In this document: piece by piece, positions 36,638 to 44,532 of the stretch
Layout of the letters: every line of letters starts with the position of its first letter
Numbering within the stretch: the stretch's first letter is position 1
Source: an uncultured Methanospirillum sp.
GTDB taxonomy: Archaea > Halobacteriota > Methanomicrobia > Methanomicrobiales > Methanospirillaceae
Assembly (NCBI GenBank): GCA_964386835.1
Contig: CAYLUL010000001.1
Span: 1-44,532, forward strand
Reading direction: 5' to 3'
DNA: 44,532 nt
Position numbers and translations under genes: made by a program
The notes under the pieces: generated by a model
Seen by the model: only the letters and a program-made list of their open reading frames with translations
Databases searched by the model: none
What the model was told of the DNA's origin: nothing

Positions 36638-37510
36638 CTCTGATCGGATGCCGGACCAGGGAATTTTTCATCCTGGCGGGCATCGATCAATCCACGTGCA
36701 GAGGGCACTTGTGGGACGTTAAGGACCTTATGAAGACCGGTACTCCCTCAACGACCCGATCCTCGGGAATCGATCGTGTTTCATGGTGACCTTCTGATAC
36801 TTCCCTGTGGATCATGGTCAGGACGGCCAAACTCACGGACCATCACGGTCTTCGGTCATGGATCGGGGGGAGCAAGCAGCGCCCAGTTCAGAATGCAGGC
36901 TGAACCAATCGCCATCCAGGACATCTGGGTGAGTAGAGCCTGGTGCGCGCGGATAACGCTCTGTGAGATGTGGCAGAACCACTTCAGTTCGAGCGATGCC
37001 GTGGTCCTCGATGGGTGCACGGGAGCGCGATGGGTGAGCCTTACCGGGAACCATGGGGCGGATTCAATAGAAGCGGTCCATTTTCTGTGGGGAAAAAAGG
37101 ACAGGAGTTAGAGACCGGCCAGACGGAGGAAGGTCCCGATCGTGCACCCGGTCATCGTCGTTGTCGCGGCAAGGAGACCGAGACAGAGGGCGCGAATGCT
37201 CTCCGGGAGCTCGACCGCCTGGTACGGCCGATCGAGGCTTCGTCGCCGAGTCTCCCTGGAGACAGGAGCGTTTCCCGACACCAGCGGGCGGTTCTTTCGT
37301 ATCCGTACCATGTCGATCACCACGATGGGAACAGTCGTGCAACCGTTCAATAGAAGGAGATCCACCACCATCCATAAAAATATTCTTAAGGAATCGGGCG
37401 ATGCCAGCTCGGAACCATGAAACGGAAGCCTGTCCCGGTCCAGCGGAATCGCCGATGGAGGGGGCATGGACAGGGCCCCCCGTACGCACGAGGCGGAACT
37501 GGACTGGCGC

Positions 37511-37765
37511 CTAGAGAACCTCGTTTGGCTCGACCGTGATCACATCAGCAGGCTCGGGGGGGGCATCCATCGTCGGCGGCACCTCATCTTCTGGGATGAT
37601 GATCCATGCCAGCAGGTACGCGAGAAGGCCAAGCCCGACCCCGAAGACGGTCAATACCACCCAGATCAGCCGGATCACATTCGGGTCGATCCCGAGGTAG
37701 ATCCCGATGCCACCGCAGACTCCGGCTACCATCCGGTCAGTCTGAGAACGCTTCAGTTCCTTCAT
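37511..37765 (-). CDS. PspC-domain membrane protein (84 aa)
   Basis: LKRSQTDRMVAGVCGGIGIYLGIDPNVIRLIWVVLTVFG is the PspC signature. The ATG at 37765 was verified. Confidence 0.85.
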   Translation of the reverse strand: MKELKRSQTDRMVAGVCGGIGIYLGIDPNVIRLIWVVLTVFGVGLGLLAYLLAWIIIPEDEVPPTMDAPPEPADVITVEPNEVL

Positions 37766-37895
37766 GCGCCTCCTGTCGGCGACTGGAGATTTATAGGTTT
37801 CCGGCGCCAGTTTGAAGTCGTTTAAAGGCCAAGGATCGATTCGTGCGAGGGTGGGACCGGTCACACGGTGGAGTCAGGGGGAGGAGGGAACGAGA

Positions 37896-39992
37896 ATGGT
37901 CCTGAATGCCCTCGCTCTTGTGTATCTATGTGCGGGGCTCCTGATCGCGGGGGTCGCCGCCGCCACCTGGCCCCGGCGTCAGGTACCCGGCGGTTTCTCC
38001 ATTCTCTTGCTTCTGTTCGCCCTGGCGGTCTGGGCGGGGGCCTACGGCCTTGAGCTGATGGTCGAGGCGAAGGAGATGATGGTCGTACTCGGTGTCATCC
38101 AGGACATCAGCATAGCGACGCTCGCTCCCCTCTGGCTCTCCTTCACAGGCGCTTTCTCCGGCCGCCTGACATTGTCCCGTTCAGGGTGGGGAGTGATCCT
38201 GGCCGTCCCGACCCTCACCATACTCCTCGTGCTGACAAACGACCTGCACCACCTCTTCTATGCGGGGATCGAACTCGACTCAAGTGGACCCATCCCCCTC
38301 CTCCACCTCGTTCCCGGGCCGTGGTACGCAGTCCAGGTCGCGTACTCCTTTATTGCAATGTGCATCGGTGCCGGCCTCCTCCTCGGTCATGCCTGGTCCT
38401 CCCCACCACCGCTTCGCCGCCAGATCCTGGTGTTCGTGTCCGCGGCGATCATCCCTGGCGTGGCCCTCGTCCTCTACACGGTCGGTATCCGCCCGCTCGA
38501 CGAGGTCGACCTGACACCGCTCGGGTTCGCCCTCGCCGCGCTCGTCATCGCCCATGCGCTCTTCCGACACCGGTTCCTCGACCTGGTCCCGATCGCGGCG
38601 CCCACCGTGATCGATCGGATCCCGATCGGCGTCCTCGTGGTGGACCAGATCGATCGGGTCATCGCGATAAACCCGGCGGCAGCCCGCATCTTCGAGTGCG
38701 AACCTGACCAGGTGATCGGCAGCCCGTTCTTGAACCTTGCAGACGGATGGGATGGGTTACGGGCAGTCCTCGACCAGACATATGTGGACGGACCGGTCGT
38801 GGTCGGACGGACACGGGACGGGAGGCCCAGCGAGAAGTATGAGGTCGACCTCGCACCTCTTGAGGAGTCCGGCGGGCGGGCGGTCCTCGTTCGGGACATC
38901 ACGGCCCGGACTCGTGCAATCACTGCGCTTCAGGAGAGCGAGACCTTCATTCGGGGCCTTGTCGACAACCTCCCCGACCTTGTCGTGGTCTTCGACCAGG
39001 ATCGGCGAATACTCTTCGTCAACCCCGCGGTCGAACACGTGCTCGGGGCACCGGCCGAACTCCTTATCGGCACGAAGACCACGGACCACATTGCTGCCGG
39101 ATCACTCGGGATCATGGAGGCAATGGACGGGGTGACCGAGATCGGGAGATCCGTGCCGCCGTACGAAGCGGAGATCCGGACCGTCCACGGGCGGTCAATC
39201 AGCGTCTCCGTTCGGATCGTCCCGGTCCCGTACCACGATCAGCCCGCAAGACTGGCCCTGCTCAGGGAGATCACCGAGCAGAAAATGCTCGAGGCGGCCC
39301 TGCACCGAAGAACCGCGGAACTCGAGGAGGTCTCGGAAGCGGCACTCCGCGCCAACCGGGGTCTCAACCTCATGAACGCCCTGACGAGGCACGATATCGG
39401 TAACCAGCTCGTCGCGATCCGGGGGCACCTCGACCTCGCTTCGGATCTGACGAAGACGGACGAACTCGCTGACCGCCTCGCCCGCACCCGTGCCTCCATC
39501 GGCCGGGTCGAGGCGATGGTCAGGTTCATGGGCGAATACGCCTCGCTCGGAACCGCAGCGCCGGCTTGGCAGGAGATCTCCGCCCTCGTCCGGGCAGCGG
39601 CGAACGGGCTCCCGCTCGAAGGGGTCGCCATCGAGGATCAGACCGGTGGTGTCGAGGTGCTGGCGGACGCCCTCCTCGAGCGTGTCCTCTCCACGCTCCT
39701 CGAGAACGCGGTCCGCCACGCAGGCCCGACCCTCTCGCGGATAACGATCGCCACCAGGACCGAGAAGGGCGGGCTCATCGTCACCGTGGAGGATAACGGC
39801 ACAGGTGTCGCATCAGACGAAAAACAACGCATCTTCGAGCAGGGATACGGCAGGAACACGGGGCTCGGTCTCTTCCTTGCACGGGAGGTGCTCGCGATTA
39901 CTGGGATCGGGATTGCGGAGACAGGCGAACCGGGGCGGGGAGCCCGGTTCGAGCTTCACGTCCCGGCAGAGGCCTGGCGTCTCGCCTGCTAG
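37896..39992 (+). CDS. Sensor histidine kinase with an N-terminal 7TM sensor, two PAS-like domains, HisKA and HATPase_c
   Basis: Seven hydrophobic helices. PAS-like IDRVIAINPAAARIFE and RRILFVNPAVEHVLG. H-box LTRHDIGNQL. N, G1 and G2 boxes LENAVRHA, VEDNGTGV and GLGLFLAREV. The ATG at 37896 follows GGGGGAGGAGGG. Confidence 0.92.
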   Translation: MVLNALALVYLCAGLLIAGVAAATWPRRQVPGGFSILLLLFALAVWAGAYGLELMVEAKEMMVVLGVIQDISIATLAPLWLSFTGAFSGRLTLSRSGWGVILAVPTLTILLVLTNDLHHLFYAGIELDSSGPIPLLHLVPGPWYAVQVAYSFIAMCIGAGLLLGHAWSSPPPLRRQILVFVSAAIIPGVALVLYTVGIRPLDEVDLTPLGFALAALVIAHALFRHRFLDLVPIAAPTVIDRIPIGVLVVDQIDRVIAINPAAARIFECEPDQVIGSPFLNLADGWDGLRAVLDQTYVDGPVVVGRTRDGRPSEKYEVDLAPLEESGGRAVLVRDITARTRAITALQESETFIRGLVDNLPDLVVVFDQDRRILFVNPAVEHVLGAPAELLIGTKTTDHIAAGSLGIMEAMDGVTEIGRSVPPYEAEIRTVHGRSISVSVRIVPVPYHDQPARLALLREITEQKMLEAALHRRTAELEEVSEAALRANRGLNLMNALTRHDIGNQLVAIRGHLDLASDLTKTDELADRLARTRASIGRVEAMVRFMGEYASLGTAAPAWQEISALVRAAANGLPLEGVAIEDQTGGVEVLADALLERVLSTLLENAVRHAGPTLSRITIATRTEKGGLIVTVEDNGTGVASDEKQRIFEQGYGRNTGLGLFLAREVLAITGIGIAETGEPGRGARFELHVPAEAWRLAC

Positions 39993-41539
39993 AGTGCAGA
40001 GAAGAGCCGAACCGCGTCGGCGAAGTCGATCCTCTGGTTCCCGTTGAAATCGAACGCGGCGAGGGGCTCGTTCTCACCGATCCACGCCATCTGGTTAAAA
40101 AAGAGCACGACGTCCGCAAAGTCCGCACGGCCGTTCCCATTCACATCCTCGAAGAGTCCGTCGCCCTCCTTATCACGAGGGGTGCCCGATCCACCGGGGA
40201 TGGGGACCGGCATGTCACCCGTTGTGACGGAGAACTGGAGCCGGTCCAGGTTCAGGTTCCCAGCCGGGAACCGGACCACGAGGGTGTGGGGGCCCGGCGC
40301 CAGGGACCGTTCTTCGGCCGCCCCAGCCGAGATGTAGGTTCCGAACCCACCGCTGTTCGGGACAGCGACGGTGTAGGTTGTTGTACCGTCGACGAGCACC
40401 TCGATCCGGCCGTTCGCATTCGGCGAGGCGACCCGGCCTTCGAGGCGGTAGACGCCAGCCTGACCCACGGTCAGGTTATATGCGAGGTACTCGCCGTCGC
40501 GGACATAACAGACGGCGTACCCCCCAGGGATGGCCTCGATGTCGACGTCATCGGACCGGTAGGCGCCCCCCTGGTTACCGGGCGTCGTGTCCGAGAACCC
40601 GCCCGGGCGGTAGTCCTCCGCCTCGACGGTCCCAGGGAGCTGGATCGGCGTCAGCTGGGGGACAGGTGTCGTGGTCGAGGTCGGGGATGACGGGTTCCAT
40701 CCAGCGAGCCGGGCGAAGAGGTGCCAGGCGGCGTAGGCCTTCCGGTTCGCGTTCAGGGGCTCCGTGTGTGCCGCACTGCAGGGGTACCAGTCCGTGCCCT
40801 CCACATGCGAGTCCTGCCAGGCCCGCGCCCAGTTGCCTCCGTCGTAGTCACAGGCGTCGTTCGCCCCGCGTGCGAGATAGCTGTGTCCGTCGGGATCGAA
40901 GGACTCGATATCTGCAAAGTCGTAGAGAACCCCGTTATGACTCCGGACCCAGGCCCGGATCTGTTCGTTCCGCTGGTTGAGGTTTCCTTCCACCCCGGTA
41001 CCATCCAGGTGTCCGGTCATGTACACAAAGGTGACCGAGGGGAAATCTCGCTCCAGGGCGGACATGAGCGAGAGATAGGTGTTGATATTTGACTCGGACG
41101 CCCCTGAGACCTGCCCGCACCAGGACCACATGACGACGTTGACGTCGTCGTTCGCGGGATTGGAGAGATAGGCCCTTGTACGGGTGGCCCAGGAGGTGAA
41201 ATCAGGATTGCCGAGATCGCCCGAGGCGAAGTAGTCATCGATGTCCAGGGCGCCGCCTGCTCCTCCCTCGCTCCATGAGTACGTCGCTGGCGAGAGCGGT
41301 GCCCCTTCAAACGTGACGAGACCGGACATACCGCCGATCAACTGGGAACCATGGGAGGTGTGTCCATAGGCTACGTGGAGGTGTGCCTTCGCGTTCTCTA
41401 CCGCCGAGGCCGGGATGGCGTTGAGATCGACCGAGGTGTGATCGATGACCAGAGGTGAGGTGCGGGCACCAGCGACAGGCAGGGTCGCGAACACGGCGAC
41501 CACCATCGCGGCGATCAGGAGGAGACGGAAGGTGTGCAC
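39989..41539 (-). CDS. Secreted protein with an N-terminal hydrolase-like domain, a CBM6-like carbohydrate-binding module and a C-terminal dockerin-like module
   Basis: Signal peptide ...LPVAGA. TVEAEDYRPGGFSD...GGYAVCYVRDGEYLAYNLTVGQAGVYRLEGRVASPNANGRIEVLVDG matches the CBM6 pattern. GTG start at 41539, with AATTTTATT at 41569-41577, i.e. 30-38 nt upstream. Confidence 0.8.
   Translation of the reverse strand: MHTFRLLLIAAMVVAVFATLPVAGARTSPLVIDHTSVDLNAIPASAVENAKAHLHVAYGHTSHGSQLIGGMSGLVTFEGAPLSPATYSWSEGGAGGALDIDDYFASGDLGNPDFTSWATRTRAYLSNPANDDVNVVMWSWCGQVSGASESNINTYLSLMSALERDFPSVTFVYMTGHLDGTGVEGNLNQRNEQIRAWVRSHNGVLYDFADIESFDPDGHSYLARGANDACDYDGGNWARAWQDSHVEGTDWYPCSAAHTEPLNANRKAYAAWHLFARLAGWNPSSPTSTTTPVPQLTPIQLPGTVEAEDYRPGGFSDTTPGNQGGAYRSDDVDIEAIPGGYAVCYVRDGEYLAYNLTVGQAGVYRLEGRVASPNANGRIEVLVDGTTTYTVAVPNSGGFGTYISAGAAEERSLAPGPHTLVVRFPAGNLNLDRLQFSVTTGDMPVPIPGGSGTPRDKEGDGLFEDVNGNGRADFADVVLFFNQMAWIGENEPLAAFDFNGNQRIDFADAVRLFSAL
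39992..40177 (-). repeat. Dockerin-like 62-aa module, copy 2
   Basis: RDKEGDGLFEDVNGNGRADFADVVLFFNQMAWIGENEPLAAFDFNGNQRIDFADAVRLFSAL. Confidence 0.8.
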
Positions 41540-41691
41540 GGGAGATTGATCGCCGTCGGCGTGAATAAAATTATCCAGGTATATCCATGTCGAGTAATTA
41601 ACAATTGGTGATCGCTTCGATCGGGACCGGGAACGAAAGGCACAAACCGGAGTCTCCGTCTGGTTCCCGTATCATTTGAGATCGTCGACAT

Positions 41692-43128
41692 TCAGAGTCC
41701 TCGAAAGAGCACGACCACATCTGCAAAATCGATTCGGCTATTCCGGTTGTAATCGAAGGAGGCGAGCGGTTCGTTCGCGGCAATCCAGGTCATCTGGTTG
41801 AAATACAGAGTCACGTCTGCAAAGTCGGTCCGGCCATTCCCGTTCAGGTCCTCGTACAGTTCATCGCCGTCGAGATCCCGGGGGATGTCGGATCCGCCTG
41901 GCACCCTCCGAAGGCCGGCACCGATATGGAATACATGGATGAGGAATGAGTCTCCGTCGCCTCGAAATTCACAGACGTAGAAAATGTGCATGGACGGATC
42001 GTACGTGGCCGCACCGAGTCGACGTTTCTCCTGTATTCCCCGCGATCTGAACAGGATGGGGTCCACCACCATCTCGGCAATCGGTTGCGGAGCATACGGG
42101 GAGAGCCGGCCGGAAGCGACCAGCGCGAGGTCTTCAGGGTCGTAGAACAGGAGGACGGCTTCGAAGGAATCTGCCCACCACCCCCGGTCCCCGTATGCAG
42201 GCCCGGGATCAGGTTCCTCCGGCACATAGCGCTTTCCGTTCGCCCAACCATACCAGCAGTCACCTCTCGCCCTGGTGCCTGCGAAGACGACTGCCGAGCG
42301 GTCCTCAGCAGTCAACCAGGCGCACCCCGACCATTCGTCTGCATCCCGGTACCCGTTCATTACGTTCGATGAGCCCTCGTATCCCTTCTCGTACAGGAGG
42401 AGTGGTACCACGTGAGAGAGTGTGGTGTTCGGACCTGGAGGGTTCCCGTCGAGCCAAGGAGCGAACAGAACGAGTGATGGGCCGGAACCGCCGAGCGAGC
42501 CCTCCCGATATCGCCCGGTGGCGAGCAGATACCCGGGTGCGTGAACCCTGGCCCACGGCTTCGGTACGGTGGCCATATAATCGTCGGTCGCAAAATTGGG
42601 AAGATCTCCAAGGAGCCACGGACCGTTCGCATCGGGGGAGGATAGGTCAGGAGAGACCGAAGCATGTCGGGCGGTCTGTTCGTACTCGTAGTGTTCGGCA
42701 AAGGAAAAGTATAGTCGCGCTTCGCGCCCATCATCCGGGGGCAGGTAGGCAAGGTCACCCGATTTCGGAACGCCGTCCCCTGAATCCACAAAAATCCCCG
42801 CCTTGATATCCTCGAAAGGCTGTATAAGGCGAGCTTTCGGTAGATCCTCCGGGTTATGCGACTCCGACAGTTCAGGTACTGGGATTGATATCTCCGCGAC
42901 GTGGTTCTGTTGGTCGTGGCCCATCACAAACAAGGATCCCCGTCCCCCGTCTCCGTCGGGACAGAAAGTGAGTCCGCCACCACCATAGGGAAAGCCATAA
43001 TCCGTTCCGTCATCCGGCATGCGGAAAGAGCCAAGGTACGTGAGATCACCCGGTCCAAGGGAGGACGCACCGGTTGGCAGGATGAGAAGGAACAGGGCCA
43101 GAACAACCAACAGGGGATGCGGCGCCAT
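41692..43128 (-). CDS. Secreted protein of unknown N-terminal fold with a C-terminal dockerin-like module
   Basis: Signal peptide ...LILPTGASS. About 400 aa rich in G/D/W/Y with no motif I recognise. Dockerin-like tail. TTAATAT lies 22-28 nt upstream of the ATG. Confidence 0.75.
   Translation of the reverse strand: MAPHPLLVVLALFLLILPTGASSLGPGDLTYLGSFRMPDDGTDYGFPYGGGGLTFCPDGDGGRGSLFVMGHDQQNHVAEISIPVPELSESHNPEDLPKARLIQPFEDIKAGIFVDSGDGVPKSGDLAYLPPDDGREARLYFSFAEHYEYEQTARHASVSPDLSSPDANGPWLLGDLPNFATDDYMATVPKPWARVHAPGYLLATGRYREGSLGGSGPSLVLFAPWLDGNPPGPNTTLSHVVPLLLYEKGYEGSSNVMNGYRDADEWSGCAWLTAEDRSAVVFAGTRARGDCWYGWANGKRYVPEEPDPGPAYGDRGWWADSFEAVLLFYDPEDLALVASGRLSPYAPQPIAEMVVDPILFRSRGIQEKRRLGAATYDPSMHIFYVCEFRGDGDSFLIHVFHIGAGLRRVPGGSDIPRDLDGDELYEDLNGNGRTDFADVTLYFNQMTWIAANEPLASFDYNRNSRIDFADVVVLFRGL
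41695..41880 (-). repeat. Dockerin-like 62-aa module, copy 3
   Basis: RDLDGDELYEDLNGNGRTDFADVTLYFNQMTWIAANEPLASFDYNRNSRIDFADVVVLFRGL. Confidence 0.8.
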
Positions 43129-43732
43129 TGATGATTTATTACCGCGTCGATATTAAGGTTGGATCATAAAGTACCTTTGAAATGGAGTCGAATAGATGAA
43201 GAAGCGGTAAGCCGTTTGGGACGCCCACATCAGATCATCTGGCCCGTATTGGCTGGAACACCGTGGGAAATCCTCCAAGAGCGGCTTACAGGAGTATCGA
43301 TCGCCCCCCCCCCCAATATGGGCCTGAGCCCAGAGGTAGAGCGAGAGATCGGGAATAAGCGGGCGCGGACCCGTTCGCAGAGTGATGGAGAGCACCACCT
43401 CTGCTTGAGCGGCTCCGAGTATCAGCTGCAGGAAGTATTATGAGATACCTGAATTTTCTGAAAAAATCGCATTTGCATCAGTAAGAGACTACTGAGGCAG
43501 CAGGCTCTGCACCCGATGAACGAGGGGGCGCGCTCGGGATGAGGTGACCGGTCGCAGTACCCCTGTCCGATGGGGGGAGGGGGCCGGCCCGCGGCCATTC
43601 GCCTCGAAGAACTGCAAAAAGGCGGCAATTCAGCGTTTTCCGCGGATTGGACCCCGCATATCCCACCGATGAGATTATCTATCTTGGATGGCCAATCTGG
43701 ATCATACAGCGCCCGGCGCGCACGTGATCCTG

Positions 43733-44532
43733 ATGAAACTCATAACCGCAATCCTGCTGATCGCCTTCCTGGCACTGCTCGTTCCAATGCACGCAGCAGC
43801 TGCTGGCCCGACCATCATCGTGGCCGCAGCCGATGCAAGCCAGGCATCCAAGGCGCAAGCACAGATCCTCTGCAGCGGTGGCAGCGACCAGCAGCAGATC
43901 AACTACGCCTTCACCCTGCTCCCCCCGGAGGGAGGCACCGTGCAGCTGACAGAGGGGACGTATCAAACGAACGGCTGGATCCACCCGAAGATCAACTCTA
44001 ACTTCTACGGTGCGGGCGAGGACCGAACCGTGATCAACGTCTTCAATCCGACCCAGTATTTCAACCCGATCCACCTCTCCCGTCCGAATGTCCATGTCAA
44101 GGGTTTCACCCTCCGGGGTATGGGCTTCTTCCTGGTCCGGACCAATGGAGTCCTGATCGAAGATGTCACCGTAACGAGCCTTGACGTCAACGGCGTCCGG
44201 CAGCCGGTAGGCGGCAATGGCATGTTCTCAATCTGGGTGGATAACCCCGAGACGGGCGACATCACCTTCAAGAACTGCAAGGCGATCGACTGCAACACCC
44301 ACGGGTTCAATATGAATTCTGACCGGAATGCCTCGCAGGAGCAGAGTACCGGATTACCCACATGGACGATCAGCAACCTCAAGTTCATCGACTGCCAGGC
44401 AATCCGCTGTGGTTTCGGGATGGAGAACGGGTCGAACTCCGAGTTCTCATGCGGGTTCGACGTCCAGGAGGCGAACAACCTCGAGAACGTCCAGCTGATC
44501 AACTGCCTGGCCGAGGACAACTGGGAGAACGG
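43733..44532 (+). CDS. Secreted right-handed parallel beta-helix repeat protein (partial; runs off the right window edge)
   Basis: This is not in the ORF track because no stop is reached. I translated it by hand from the in-frame ATG at 43688 to 44532 without a stop. Signal peptide MKLITAILLIAFLALLVPMHAAAAG. GGTVQLTEGTY...GAGEDRTVIN, then periodic turns V.V.GFT..., I.DV.V and FKNC.AIDCNTHGF typical of NosD/pectate-lyase-like helices. The start is 43733, or less likely 43688. Confidence 0.75.
   Translation, partial: MKLITAILLIAFLALLVPMHAAAAGPTIIVAAADASQASKAQAQILCSGGSDQQQINYAFTLLPPEGGTVQLTEGTYQTNGWIHPKINSNFYGAGEDRTVINVFNPTQYFNPIHLSRPNVHVKGFTLRGMGFFLVRTNGVLIEDVTVTSLDVNGVRQPVGGNGMFSIWVDNPETGDITFKNCKAIDCNTHGFNMNSDRNASQEQSTGLPTWTISNLKFIDCQAIRCGFGMENGSNSEFSCGFDVQEANNLENVQLINCLAEDNWEN

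Noticed and set aside
37121-37140. RNase P RNA-like string GGAGGAAGGTCCCG
   Set aside because: It resembles the CR-I GAGGAAAGUCC motif only loosely. I could not find the other conserved regions (for example the ACAGAACCCGGCUUA-type CR-V) or a consistent P4 pairing partner nearby.
1-44532. CRISPR arrays, rRNA genes, IS elements and prophage genes
   Set aside because: I scanned for regularly spaced short direct repeats, rRNA signatures and transposase, integrase or capsid motifs on both strands and recognised none. The only repeated units are protein-coding: the dockerin modules, HEAT repeats and the TP-rich tail.

Overview
GC-rich (roughly two-thirds G+C by eye) chromosomal segment from an archaeon, most likely a Methanomicrobia-type methanogen. 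Evidence: the flpA-nop5 box C/D operon, Cbf5, a NifH/CfbC-like ATPase, an archaeal-style histidine kinase (RHDIGNQL H-box), AT-rich TATA boxes 25-40 nt upstream of starts, and non-acidic proteins. I support about 40 coding regions and one tRNA-Ser(GGA). I saw no rRNA, CRISPR array, transposase or integrase. Because of the high GC, many long ORFs in the track are antisense or out-of-frame shadows, and several real genes start well inside the listed ORF. Housekeeping content: bacterial-type ruvC-ruvA-ruvB, M20 amidohydrolase, ROK kinase, arsC/arsR, hemD-cbf5, a TctA-like membrane protein, MFS transporter, PspC and a 7TM-PAS histidine kinase. Most interesting items: (1) a tightly coupled three-gene operon (484-6381, minus strand) encoding a zinc-ribbon membrane protein, a single-pass receptor-like protein and a 1,322-aa protein with no family I recognise, lying next to an apparent deletion scar. 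(2) A nitrogenase-like cluster (NifH-like ATPase plus two different short NifD/K-like subunits) flanked by a cupin and a YwbE-like protein, with no F430 (cfb) neighbours. (3) Three secreted proteins sharing a 62-aa dockerin-like C-terminal module, next to a beta-helix protein. (4) A bacterial RuvABC resolvasome in an archaeal context. (5) A HEAT-repeat gene whose repeats continue about 125 codons upstream of any canonical start codon.
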